DNA of 57,941 nt from positions 1-57,941 of the forward strand of contig DAIOVO010000003.1 of the NCBI GenBank assembly GCA_036758965.1, in the 5' to 3' direction. This document shows, one piece after another, positions 48,921 to 57,941 of this stretch. The translations under genes and the position numbers were made by a program. Numbering within the stretch: the stretch's first letter is position 1; each line of letters opens with the position of its first letter. Source of the stretch: Chthoniobacterales bacterium (GTDB lineage: Bacteria > Verrucomicrobiota > Verrucomicrobiia > Chthoniobacterales > UBA10450). The notes beneath the pieces were generated by a model, which saw nothing but the letters and a program-made list of their open reading frames with translations, did no database searches and was not told the DNA's origin.

Positions 48921-50339
48921 TCAGGCCGAGGCAATTGGCGCTTGGGCGGACGAGCGGCGCGAGCTTATCGCGGCGCGGACAAAGTTGTTGCCCAACTCCC
49001 ACATCGGGCCGGGGAATTTACGGCAATCGGTCAGGACGTTGTCGAGGGCGGTGACGAAGAGATCGATTTCTTTTTCGCCGATAATGAGTGGCGGAAGAAT
49101 CTTGAGCACGTCCATGGCGTGGCCGGCTACTTGCGTCAGGATGCGATGTTTACTTAGCATCTGAGTAACTACCATTTGCGCAAATAAGACCTTATCTACT
49201 TTGTGAAGGAGCTTCCACGCCATCTTAAGCTTGAACTCGGTCGGTTCCTTGAATTCAATCGCAATGATTAGTCCTTTGCCGCGCACTTCTTTAATAAAAG
49301 AATGCTTCGCGCGCAGACTATCGATGCGTTGCATGAGTAGCTCGCCCATTTTTTCGGCGCGTTCCACCAGCTTCTCGTCGTCGATGACTTCCAGCGCGGC
49401 CAGGCCGCACGCCATGGCGAGGTTGTTGCGACCGAAAGTGGTCGAATGAACTACACAGCGGTCCATCCGGCTAAAGGTCTTCTGGTAGATGTCTCGCCGG
49501 GCGACAATCGCGCCACAGGGGACGTAGCCGCCGCTCAGGGTCTTGGCCAAAGTAACAATGTCAGGTTCGAGATCCCAATGTTGAAACCCAAACATCTTGC
49601 CGGTGCGGCCGAAGCCAGTTTGAACTTCGTCACTTACTAAAAGTGTTCCGTGCTTGCGGCAGAGTTCCTGGGCCCGCGGGAAGAAGTCGGTCGCGGGCGA
49701 CTTGCAACCTTTACCTTGCACCGGCTCGATAACAAAGGCAGCGACGTCGCCTTTCTTTAACTCGCGTTCAAGACTCGTCAGATCGCCGAGTGCGATGCGA
49801 GTGTCCCATTCATCCATCAGTGGACCGAAACCTTCAGTGAAGCTTTCGCAACCCATCAGCGACAAGGAACCGATGCTAAGTCCATGAAAGGCGCTCTCGA
49901 GCGAGATAACGCGCTTCTTGCCGGTAGCAGCTCGCGCGAACTTCAATGCGCCTTCCATCGCTTCGGTGCCGGAGTTACAAAAAAAGACAGCGTCGAGATG
50001 CGGCGGGGTGCGTTTGACCAGCGCTTCGCCCAGCAGGCCGCTCAGGAGCGAGCAATCCATTTGCACCATGTTCGGCAGGTCGAGGTCCAGCACGTCCTGT
50101 ATCGCTTTCTTAACTACCGGATGGTTGCGACCGATGTTGAAAACGGAGTAGCCGCTCAGGAAATCGAGGTAGGCGTTATTATCCATGTCATAGAGATAAG
50201 CGCCTTCCGCCCGCGCATAGACTTTGTCGAAACCGATCACCCGCTGCGCCGCCACCAAAGTGCGATTGATGTGGCGATGGTGCAGGTCGTAGTTCTCGCC
50301 CAGACGTGCGGCGACGATTTCCTTCAAGTCAAAGGTCAT
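48921..50339 (-). CDS. class III pyridoxal-phosphate-dependent aminotransferase
   Basis: From MTFDLKEIVAA. Contains SGTEAMEGALKFAR, DEVQTGFGRTG and TLAKTLSGG (PLP-Lys context); 472 aa. Confidence 0.85.
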   Translation of the reverse strand: MTFDLKEIVAARLGENYDLHHRHINRTLVAAQRVIGFDKVYARAEGAYLYDMDNNAYLDFLSGYSVFNIGRNHPVVKKAIQDVLDLDLPNMVQMDCSLLSGLLGEALVKRTPPHLDAVFFCNSGTEAMEGALKFARAATGKKRVISLESAFHGLSIGSLSLMGCESFTEGFGPLMDEWDTRIALGDLTSLERELKKGDVAAFVIEPVQGKGCKSPATDFFPRAQELCRKHGTLLVSDEVQTGFGRTGKMFGFQHWDLEPDIVTLAKTLSGGYVPCGAIVARRDIYQKTFSRMDRCVVHSTTFGRNNLAMACGLAALEVIDDEKLVERAEKMGELLMQRIDSLRAKHSFIKEVRGKGLIIAIEFKEPTEFKLKMAWKLLHKVDKVLFAQMVVTQMLSKHRILTQVAGHAMDVLKILPPLIIGEKEIDLFVTALDNVLTDCRKFPGPMWELGNNFVRAAISSRRSSAQAPIASA

Positions 50340-50438
50340 CAGTAAAGTTCTGCGATTAGACGCGAAAAGCAAATGTGTCCGCGCCTCTCCGCCGCAGGTC
50401 GCTCGACAAGCGAATGATTTGTGCCAGTCTGCTCGCAC

Positions 50439-51596
50439 ATGAACAGTGCGTTGAATCGACTCCTTGCGCTCGGTTTCGTTTTCGCGGTCGGGGTGCTGGC
50501 AGGTTGTGGACGCAAACCGCCGCCCGCGCCGCCCCCTCCGGAAGTTCTGGTCACGGCAGTGCAACAGAAAGATGTGCCGATCTATGATGAATTTGTCAGC
50601 ACACTCGATGGATCGGTCAACGCCAGCATTCAGGCGCGGGTGCAAGGTTATCTCACCTCGCAGAATTACAACGAAGGGAAAGCGGTAAAAAAAGACGATC
50701 TGCTGTTCCAGATCGATTCCCGTCCTTTTGTCGCCGCCCTGGCGCAGGCGGAAGCGGCCGAGGCGCAGGCGATGGCAGCGCAGACCCAGGCGGATTTGGT
50801 CGCGGCGCGCAATGCCGAACTATACAAGACCAAGGCGATCAGTGCGCAGGACCGTGACAATTCGGTGCAAGCGGCAGCGGCCGCGAAGGCGCAAACCGAA
50901 GCGCAGCAGGCGCTCGTCCAGCAGGCACAGTTAAACCTCGATTACACCGCCATTCGGTCACCGGTGGATGGCGTAGCCGGTCTGGCAAAGGCGCAGGTAG
51001 GCGACCTGGTAGGGCCGAGCACGGGAGAATTAACTACCGTGTCGAAGGTCGATCCGATCAAGGCTTACTTCACTGTCAGCGACCAGCGTTATACCGCCTA
51101 TAGCCAAAAGTATGCAGACCCGACCAAACGAGCCGCTCATGAAAAGGAACTGGAATTCGAACTCATCCTTTCCGATGGCTCGCATTACCCCCACAAAGGT
51201 GAACTTTTTGCCGCGCAGAACCAGGTCGATGTGCGCACCGGCAGCGTGCGGATCGCAGCCATTTTTCCTAACCCGGGAAATATTTTGCGCCCCGGGCAGT
51301 TCGCACGCATCAGCGTTCGGACGGATGTGAAGATGGGCGCGCTTCTTGTTCCGCAACGAGCGGTCACCGAACTACAGGGAAGCTATCAGGTAGCGGTAGT
51401 TACACCCGACCATAAGGCACACATCCAGGCGGTGAAAGTAGGGAGACGGATTGATTCGATGTGGATTATCAGCGATGGACTTAAACCGGGCGAAAGCGTG
51501 GTAGTAGAAGGCACTCAGAAAGTACGCGAAGGTGGCGCGGTTTCGCCGAAACCGTGGACTCCGCCGGCGGAAGCGAGCGCGACGCCCTCGACCTAG
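50439..51596 (+). CDS. RND efflux periplasmic adaptor (membrane fusion protein) lipoprotein
   Basis: Lipobox VLAGCG, a coiled-coil Ala/Gln-rich hairpin, and the beta-barrel motif LDYTAIRSPVDGV. Confidence 0.88.
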   Translation: MNSALNRLLALGFVFAVGVLAGCGRKPPPAPPPPEVLVTAVQQKDVPIYDEFVSTLDGSVNASIQARVQGYLTSQNYNEGKAVKKDDLLFQIDSRPFVAALAQAEAAEAQAMAAQTQADLVAARNAELYKTKAISAQDRDNSVQAAAAAKAQTEAQQALVQQAQLNLDYTAIRSPVDGVAGLAKAQVGDLVGPSTGELTTVSKVDPIKAYFTVSDQRYTAYSQKYADPTKRAAHEKELEFELILSDGSHYPHKGELFAAQNQVDVRTGSVRIAAIFPNPGNILRPGQFARISVRTDVKMGALLVPQRAVTELQGSYQVAVVTPDHKAHIQAVKVGRRIDSMWIISDGLKPGESVVVEGTQKVREGGAVSPKPWTPPAEASATPST

Positions 51597-51603
51597 CCAG
51601 GTC

Positions 51604-54600
51604 ATGTCGAAATTTTTCATCAATCGCCCAATTGTTGCGATCGTCATCGCGCTCCTGATGACGATCGTGGGCGTAGTTTCGCTTATTCAGCTCCCGATTG
51701 CGCAATACCCGAATATTGTTCCGCCCGAAATCCAGGTGCGAGCAAATTATACTGGAGCAGACGCCCAGACGATTGAGCAATCGGTCGCTACTCCGATCGA
51801 GCAGCAGATGAGTGGCGTCGATCGGAGTAACTACATCCAATCAGTCAATGCCAATGGTTCGATTCGGGTGACGATCAACTTCGAGGTAGGGACCGATCCA
51901 AATACCGATCAGATACTTGCACAGCTTCGCGTCTCGCAAGCTACTTCGCAGCTTCCGGCTGATGTCGTCAACGCGGGTGTGACGGTGCAGAAATCGACCA
52001 CGGCGCCGCTCATGTTAGTGGCGTTGAGTTCGCCCAAAGGCACCTATGACAATGTCTTTCTGGCTAACTATGCCAATATTAACCTGATCGATCAACTAAC
52101 GCGCATTCCTGGTATTTCCAATGTGCAGGTGTTCGGCGCCGGCCAGTATGCGATGCGGCTTTGGGTGAGGCCGGATCAACTGGCGAAGCTCAACGTTACA
52201 GTGACAGATGTGATTAATGCCTTGCGCGCGCAGAACGCGGTCAACCCCGCTGGGCAGATTGGCGGTGAACCAGCGCCGCCGGGGCAGGAGTTTACCTACA
52301 CCGTGCGGTCGCAGGGAAGATTGGAAACGCCGGAACAATTCGGCGACATTATCGTGCGGGCGAATCCTGACGGCTCGCTTCTGAGGTTACGCGATGTCGC
52401 GCGCATCGAACTAGGCGCGCAGACTTACAACCTGGCTGGGCGCCTGGATGGAAAACCTTCCGCTATTCTCGCACTCTACCAGTTACCTGGAACTAATGCA
52501 CTCAATGCCGCGCGTGGAGTAAAAGCGCTCATGCAGCGTGTCTCCGGGCAGTTTCCACCCGATATCTCCTATGCTATTTCACTTGATACTACCCGCGCGG
52601 TGACGGCGGGAATGAAAGAGATCATCTACACGCTATTGGAGGCGCTGGCGCTGGTGATCGTAGTGGTGTTTGTCTTTCTGCAAGGCTGGCGCGCGACACT
52701 CATCCCACTTTGCGCGGTGCCGGTGTCACTGATCGGAACATTCATGCTCTTCCCGCTCTTTGGTTTTACGATTAATACTCTGGCTCTCTTCGGGCTGGTA
52801 TTGGCGATAGGACTGGTAGTTGACGACGCCATTGTTGTAGTGGAAGCGGTGGAGCATCATATCGAAGAAGGAATGTCGCCACGCGACGCGACCTTGCGCG
52901 CGATGGAAGAAGTTTCCGGTCCGGTAATTGGGATTGCGCTGGTGCTTTCGTCTGTCTTTTTGCCGACGGCATTTATTCCAGGAATTACGGGAAGGCTTTA
53001 TCAGCAGTTCGCTCTTACCATCGCTATTTCGGTCATCTTCTCCGCTTTCAACGCTCTTTCACTTAGTCCGGCGCTGGCGGCGATGTTGTTGCGGCCACGA
53101 GAGAAAACGCGCGGTCCGGTTGGTTGGTTCTTCAATAAGTTTAATTCGATTTTTGCTCGCTCGCGCGAGGGCTATCTCAGGACTTCCCGGCTGGCGATTC
53201 GCAAAGGCGGCTTAAGTATGTTGCTTCTGCTCGTCTTCGCCATCGGCGCGGGCTTTTTCGGCTCGCGACTTTCTTCCGGGTTCCTTCCGGAAGAAGACCA
53301 GGGTTACGTTTTTGCTTCTCTTTCGCTGCCCTATGCTGCTTCTTTGCAGCGCACCGGGGAGGCGGCGAAGAAAGTAGAAGACGTCCTGCTCAAGACGCCG
53401 GGAATCGAGCACGTCACCAGTGTCCTGGGATTCAGTTTGCTGAGTACGGTGCAGAGCACCTTTAGCGCGTTCTTCTTCATTACTTTAAAGCCATGGGACG
53501 AACGCACTAAACCGGAAGAACAATATGCAGCGTTGAAGCAGCACATTAGCAAAGAACTGGCGGCGATTCCGGATGGGATTGGTTTTTCCTTCCCGCCACC
53601 GGTGATTCCCGGCATCGGCACCTCCGGCGGAGTCACCTTCATGCTGGAAGATCGGTCCGGAAAGGATGTCAAATTTCTCGGTGACAACCTGAATAAATTT
53701 CTAGCCGCGGTTAAGAAGCGGCCTGAGATTGCGACCGCCACCACGACCTTTCTTCCGGCTGTGCCGCAGATCTATATCGATGTCGATCGAGATAAGGTAT
53801 TAAAACAGGGCGTCGATCTAACCCAGGTAACTCAAACCCTCCAGACTTTCATGGGTGGTTACTTTGTGAACTACTTCAATCGTTTCGGCCGGCAGTGGCA
53901 AGTCTTCGTTCAGGCGGAAGGCGAGTATAGGACGCGGGCCGAAAACGTGGGACTATTCTTTGTCCGCAATTCCAACAACGATACCGTCCCGCTAAGCTCA
54001 GTCACAAAGATCGAGGAACGCGAAGGGCCCGAGTTTACGATGCGGTTCAATCTCTATCGGGCGGCGCAAATCAATGCCAGCGCCGCGCCCGGCTACAGCG
54101 CGCGCGATGCGATGAATGCGCTCGAGGAAACTTTCCGCCAGACCATGCCGGCCGGGATGGGCTACGATTACGCGGCGATTTCCTACCAGGAAAAGAAGGC
54201 GGCGGAAGGCGTCTCGCCCATGGTGGTTTTCGGCATGTCGCTTCTTTTCGTCTTTCTCATTCTAGCGGCACTCTACGAGAGCTGGTCTTTGCCATTTAGT
54301 GTCTTACTTGGGACGCCCATCGCGGTCTTCGGCGCCCTGGGTGCGCTCTGGCTGCGCGGGATGGAAAACAATGTCTATGCCCAAATCGGATTGGTGATGC
54401 TGATTGGCCTGGCGGCGAAAAATGCCATCCTGATCGTCGAATTTGCCAAGGTAGAGTACGAAAAGGGAAAGCCTTTAATCGATGCCGCTCTCGCCGGAGC
54501 GCAACTGCGCCTGCGACCGATTATCATGACTTCGTTCGCTTTTATTCTGGGATGCATTCCGCTCTGGCTCGCTTCTGGTTCCGGCGCAGTAGGCCGCCGC

Positions 54601-54741
54601 ATCATGGGCACGACCGTGATAGGTGGAATGCTGGCTGCGACCTTGATCGCGATCTTTATTATTCCGGTGACCTTCTACCTGGTGGAGCGGCTGGCGCAGC
54701 GAAGGTCAGGTAAAAATGAAAGTAGCGAGGTAAAGCAATGA
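51604..54741 (+). CDS. RND (HAE1/AcrB-like) multidrug efflux permease
   Basis: MSKFFINRPIVAIVIALLMTIVG N-terminus, ~1045 aa, 12 TM helices, and conserved GLVVDDAIVVVE. Confidence 0.93.
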   Translation: MSKFFINRPIVAIVIALLMTIVGVVSLIQLPIAQYPNIVPPEIQVRANYTGADAQTIEQSVATPIEQQMSGVDRSNYIQSVNANGSIRVTINFEVGTDPNTDQILAQLRVSQATSQLPADVVNAGVTVQKSTTAPLMLVALSSPKGTYDNVFLANYANINLIDQLTRIPGISNVQVFGAGQYAMRLWVRPDQLAKLNVTVTDVINALRAQNAVNPAGQIGGEPAPPGQEFTYTVRSQGRLETPEQFGDIIVRANPDGSLLRLRDVARIELGAQTYNLAGRLDGKPSAILALYQLPGTNALNAARGVKALMQRVSGQFPPDISYAISLDTTRAVTAGMKEIIYTLLEALALVIVVVFVFLQGWRATLIPLCAVPVSLIGTFMLFPLFGFTINTLALFGLVLAIGLVVDDAIVVVEAVEHHIEEGMSPRDATLRAMEEVSGPVIGIALVLSSVFLPTAFIPGITGRLYQQFALTIAISVIFSAFNALSLSPALAAMLLRPREKTRGPVGWFFNKFNSIFARSREGYLRTSRLAIRKGGLSMLLLLVFAIGAGFFGSRLSSGFLPEEDQGYVFASLSLPYAASLQRTGEAAKKVEDVLLKTPGIEHVTSVLGFSLLSTVQSTFSAFFFITLKPWDERTKPEEQYAALKQHISKELAAIPDGIGFSFPPPVIPGIGTSGGVTFMLEDRSGKDVKFLGDNLNKFLAAVKKRPEIATATTTFLPAVPQIYIDVDRDKVLKQGVDLTQVTQTLQTFMGGYFVNYFNRFGRQWQVFVQAEGEYRTRAENVGLFFVRNSNNDTVPLSSVTKIEEREGPEFTMRFNLYRAAQINASAAPGYSARDAMNALEETFRQTMPAGMGYDYAAISYQEKKAAEGVSPMVVFGMSLLFVFLILAALYESWSLPFSVLLGTPIAVFGALGALWLRGMENNVYAQIGLVMLIGLAAKNAILIVEFAKVEYEKGKPLIDAALAGAQLRLRPIIMTSFAFILGCIPLWLASGSGAVGRRIMGTTVIGGMLAATLIAIFIIPVTFYLVERLAQRRSGKNESSEVKQ

Positions 54742-54874
54742 GTTTCGGAATGAACTACGACTGAGTGAAGAAATAATGGCTTCCAAATTGCGCGTCGTGC
54801 GCGTCGGGATCCTTCCCGCCTTCGAGAGGCTACGGCGGCAAGCGGCTTCGCTGCGCTCCCGCTCGGGTGACGGG

Positions 54875-55381
54875 CTAGGGCTTCCAATCGCGGTAAACGG
54901 TTTGTGCGCCGGCGTTCAGACTGGTTTTGCTAGGGCTATTTCGTTCCAGTTGTTCCGCCAGCCACTGGAACCATTCCCAGCTTTTTTGCGTGCCGGCGCG
55001 CTCGCGTTCCATTTCCACAAATGGCCGAAAGTTTCGCCAGGCGATTCTGGCCGTTCCACCGATGAGATCGGCTGCGACCGAAAGGGGAACGATGCGCGCG
55101 AAAACGGAATAGCCAATTCCCTCCATGATGGTTGCGATTTTGAGGCAGGCCTCGAGCATGCGCGGGTTGCTCTCGATTTCCGCCGCGGTAATGCCAATAG
55201 GAATGGCGTGCACGATCATCGAGGAGCTCATCCACTCGGGCGTCATCAGCGCCTGCACGGCGGCGAAGGCGGCGCGCTCTTCGCGGTCGCGACGGGCCCG
55301 ACGCATTTCGATTAAACCGAAGGCGACACCTGTGAGCACGGTTAACGCCGTGGCGACGTTGGCGAGGGTGGAGAGATCCAC
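54875..55381 (-). CDS. hypothetical protein with N-terminal TM anchor
   Basis: 168 aa, TM segment [19 protein letters not shown], no motif recognised. Confidence 0.45.
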   Translation of the reverse strand: MDLSTLANVATALTVLTGVAFGLIEMRRARRDREERAAFAAVQALMTPEWMSSSMIVHAIPIGITAAEIESNPRMLEACLKIATIMEGIGYSVFARIVPLSVAADLIGGTARIAWRNFRPFVEMERERAGTQKSWEWFQWLAEQLERNSPSKTSLNAGAQTVYRDWKP

Positions 55382-55416
55382 GCTGTGAGTTTAACAACAA
55401 TCGCCTCCGCTGCCAC

Positions 55417-55444
55417 GTCATCCCTCGACCTCGCTCGGGATGAC
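55417..55444. repeat. REP-like 28 nt palindromic element, copy 1
   Basis: GTCATCCCtcgacctcgctcGGGATGAC. Its reverse complement (GTCATCCCGAGCGAGGTCGAGGGATGAC) matches the partial copy at 57920..57941. Confidence 0.6.
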
Positions 55445-55486
55445 GGAAATTGTGCAATGAGATCGGGTCGGCTAACATGCGCTCCC

Positions 55487-57916
55487 ATGCCCAATGCGAC
55501 CGAATCAATCGTCACTCCGGAAATCGTGGCCAAACACGGACTAACGCCGGAGGAATTCGCGCGCATTAAAAAAATACTCGGGCGCGAGCCGAACTTCACT
55601 GAGCTAGGAGTTTTTTCGGTGATGTGGAGCGAGCATTGTTCCTACAAGAATTCGCGAAAGGAGCTGCGGAAATTTCCGACGAGCGGCCCGAATATCTTGG
55701 TGAAAGCAGGCGAGGAGAACGCGGGCGTGGTCGATATTGGCGATGGCTGGGCGATCGCATTCAAGATCGAATCGCACAATCATCCGAGCGCGATCGAGCC
55801 GTTCCAGGGAGCGGCCACCGGAGTTGGCGGAATCATTCGCGACATTTTCACGATGGGCGCGCGGCCGGAGTTTTGTCTGAACTCGCTCCGCTTCGGGCCG
55901 ATCGTAGGAAATGCGGAACGCGGAATGCGGAATGCGGAATGCGAGAAAGGCACGGTTGGTGGCGTCAATCAATCCGCAATCCGCACTCCGCACTCCGCAC
56001 TGCAGAACAATCGAAGATTATTCACAGGTGTCGTTAGCGGAATCGCGCATTACGGCAATTGCATCGGCGTGCCGACCATTGGCGGTGAAATTTATTTTGA
56101 TGAAAGTTTTGAGGGCAATCCGCTGGTGAATGTGTTTTGCCTCGGCTCTCTGCGACACGAGCAACTGGCGCGGGGCGCGGCCACCGGAACTGGCAATCCG
56201 GTTTTTTATGTAGGCGCGGAGACGGGCCGCGACGGTTTGGCGGGAGCCACGTTTGCGTCGCGCGAGCTAACCGAGGAATCGCGCGAGGACCGGCCGGCGG
56301 TGCAAGTGGGCGATCCGTTTATGGAAAAGCTTTTGCTGGAAGCTTGCCTCGAACTTTTGGCGACGGACGCGGTTGCGGGAATCCAGGACATGGGCGCGGC
56401 GGGTTTGACGTGTTCGACTTGTGAGACCGCCAGCCGCGGCGGCAGCGGCGTGGAAATTGATCTGGCGAAAGTGCCGAAACGTGAGGCAGGAATGACGCCG
56501 TATGAAATTCTTTTGAGCGAATCGCAGGAGCGGATGTTGATCATCGGCAAACGCGGGAAAGAAAATGTCGTGCGCGAAATTTTCGAAAAGTGGGACGTGC
56601 CCTGCGCAGAAATCGGCGTGGTGACGGACGATGGCATGATGCGGGTTCGCAACAACGGCAGTGTGGCCGCGGAAATTCCGGCGAAACCGCTGGCGGACGA
56701 AGCGCCGCTCTATTCGCGGGAGGCGAAGAAATTAACCACGGAGAGCGCGGAGGACGCTGAGTTTTTCAAGAATTCCTCCGCGGTCTCCGTGCCCTCGGCG
56801 TTGGAATCCCTTCGGAAATTGCTGGCCGATCCGACGATTGCCTCCAAGAACTGGGTTTATCGTCAATATGATCACACCGTGCGCACTGGCACGGTGGTGA
56901 AGCCCGGCTCGGACGCCGCCGTCTTCTATATTAGAGAGGCGAATAAATTCATCGCGGCCACGACGGATTGTAACTCACTCTATTGCGCGCTCGATCCGCG
57001 CGAGGGCGGGCGAATCGCGGTGGCGGAAGCGGCGCGCAATCTCACCTGCTCGGGCGCGCGCCCGTTGGCGGTGACGGACAATTTGAATTTCGGGAATCCT
57101 TACAAACCGGAAAATTTCTGGCAACTGCGCGAAGCGGTCGAAGGCGTAGCGGAAGGGTGTCGCGCGTTCGGAACGCCGGTGATTGGCGGCAATGTTTCTC
57201 TTTACAACGAGAGCCCGGCCGGTGTGGTCGATCCCACGCCGACGGTGGCGATGGTGGGATTAATTGACGAGGAGAAGCACATCACCACCCAGTGGTTTAA
57301 GAGTGCGGGTGACGCGATCATTCTGGTCGGCGCTGGAGGGACGCGCGCTGTCGCGTCCGGGGACGACACAGCGGTCGTCCCTCCAAAGCTGGGTGGGTCG
57401 CGCTTGCTGAAAGTCGTTTACGGAAAGAAAATCGGGCCGATTCCCAGGCTCGATCTCGATCTGGAAACCGCGGTGCAAAATGCCGTGCGCGACTTGATCC
57501 GCTCAGGTCTTGTTAGAAGCGCGCACGATTGCAGTGAAGGCGGCCTGGCGGTGGCGCTGGCGGAATGTTGTTTTCATCCGGAAGGTTTGCTCGGCGCGGA
57601 GATCGATCTCTGTAGCCACGGCTCTGCGAGCCGTGCCGGCGACGCGTCCCATGGAGACGTAGTTGCAGAGCTATTCCACGAAGCGCAATCGCGGATTATT
57701 ATTTCCTGCGCACCGGGAGATGCGGAGAAGATTCTGGCGGAATTAAGTCCGAAGAGTGTGCCGTGCTCGAAGATCGGTTCGGTCGTCACAGACGAGCTGC
57801 GCATTTCAATTAACGGCGAAAATCTCCGCTGGCCGGTCGCAGAACTGCACGATCTTTGGTGGAACGCCATCCGCCGCGCAGTCGAGAGCGATTCCGAACC
57901 GCTGCCGAGTTTGTAA
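55487..57916 (+). CDS. purL: phosphoribosylformylglycinamidine synthase subunit PurL, with three extra in-frame segments
   Basis: [60 protein letters not shown] and [11 protein letters not shown] motifs. ATG at 55487. Confidence 0.93.
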   Translation: MPNATESIVTPEIVAKHGLTPEEFARIKKILGREPNFTELGVFSVMWSEHCSYKNSRKELRKFPTSGPNILVKAGEENAGVVDIGDGWAIAFKIESHNHPSAIEPFQGAATGVGGIIRDIFTMGARPEFCLNSLRFGPIVGNAERGMRNAECEKGTVGGVNQSAIRTPHSALQNNRRLFTGVVSGIAHYGNCIGVPTIGGEIYFDESFEGNPLVNVFCLGSLRHEQLARGAATGTGNPVFYVGAETGRDGLAGATFASRELTEESREDRPAVQVGDPFMEKLLLEACLELLATDAVAGIQDMGAAGLTCSTCETASRGGSGVEIDLAKVPKREAGMTPYEILLSESQERMLIIGKRGKENVVREIFEKWDVPCAEIGVVTDDGMMRVRNNGSVAAEIPAKPLADEAPLYSREAKKLTTESAEDAEFFKNSSAVSVPSALESLRKLLADPTIASKNWVYRQYDHTVRTGTVVKPGSDAAVFYIREANKFIAATTDCNSLYCALDPREGGRIAVAEAARNLTCSGARPLAVTDNLNFGNPYKPENFWQLREAVEGVAEGCRAFGTPVIGGNVSLYNESPAGVVDPTPTVAMVGLIDEEKHITTQWFKSAGDAIILVGAGGTRAVASGDDTAVVPPKLGGSRLLKVVYGKKIGPIPRLDLDLETAVQNAVRDLIRSGLVRSAHDCSEGGLAVALAECCFHPEGLLGAEIDLCSHGSASRAGDASHGDVVAELFHEAQSRIIISCAPGDAEKILAELSPKSVPCSKIGSVVTDELRISINGENLRWPVAELHDLWWNAIRRAVESDSEPLPSL
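55907..56005. repeat. heptamer-built hairpin element inside the purL CDS
   Basis: Left arm is GCGGAAC then GCGGAAT x3. A ~30 nt spacer follows. Right arm is AATCCGC x2 then ACTCCGC x2, the near-complement of the left arm. Confidence 0.75.
57335..57384. repeat. 50 nt imperfect palindrome inside the purL CDS
   Basis: Outer arms are GGAGGGACG...CGTCCCTCC. Inner hairpins are GGACGCG-cgctgt-CGCGTCC and GGGACGAC-acagcg-GTCGTCCC. Confidence 0.65.
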
Positions 57917-57919
57917 GTC

Positions 57920-57941
57920 GTCATCCCGAGCGACAGTCGAG
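57920..57941. repeat. REP-like palindromic element, copy 2 (cut by window end)
   Basis: GTCATCCCGAGCGACAGTCGAG starts 4 nt after the purL stop. It is in opposite orientation to copy 1. Confidence 0.5.

Noticed and set aside
50439-54741. An RND adaptor-pump pair with no adjacent outer-membrane factor or TetR regulator.
   Set aside because: Two-gene RND operons that use an unlinked TolC-like channel are common, so this is not noteworthy on its own.
1-57941. A window-wide search for CRISPR arrays, retron or DGR components, transposases, integrases, restriction-modification genes or known defence genes.
   Set aside because: None were seen. There are no regularly spaced direct repeats, no reverse transcriptase, no nuclease/helicase/ATPase defence-type ORFs, and no IS-like terminal inverted repeats flanking any ORF.

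Overview
This 57.9 kb window looks like ordinary chromosome from a moderately GC-rich Gram-negative soil-type bacterium. A PEP-CTERM protein, a tricorn-like protease, a membrane H+-PPase and large secreted multidomain proteins suggest a Verrucomicrobiota/Acidobacteriota-like origin, but that is inference only. About 55 genes are supported. Housekeeping genes are ligD (5' truncated), purS, purQ, purL, tyrS, lysS, tadA, hppA, tRNA-Gln(CUG) and tRNA-Asp(GUC). Other content includes an RND efflux pair, two ABC transporter modules (one with a YtrA-type GntR regulator), two cNMP-sensor membrane proteins, several large secreted proteins and many hypotheticals. I saw no CRISPR array, transposase, integrase, reverse transcriptase, phage module or recognisable defence system. 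The most unusual signal is in purL. It carries three extra in-frame segments relative to canonical PurL, and each coincides with a DNA palindrome. One is a ~100 nt hairpin built from tandem heptamers. The gene is also flanked by two inverted copies of a 28 nt REP-like palindrome. This resembles the in-frame palindromic elements known from Rickettsia. Secondary observations follow. Several genes between 16.4 and 30.5 kb appear disrupted: an M2 peptidase with a single in-frame TAG, a frameshifted OMP beta-barrel, a DUF4386 remnant and possibly an MscS N-terminus. There is a Cys-less membrane-anchored MsrB-like protein and an MDR oxidoreductase fused to a membrane domain. A ~120 aa tandem C-terminal module is shared by two distant secreted proteins. 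A Pmp3/YqaE gene is translationally coupled inside purS-purQ. All family calls come from reading motifs by eye; no searches were run.
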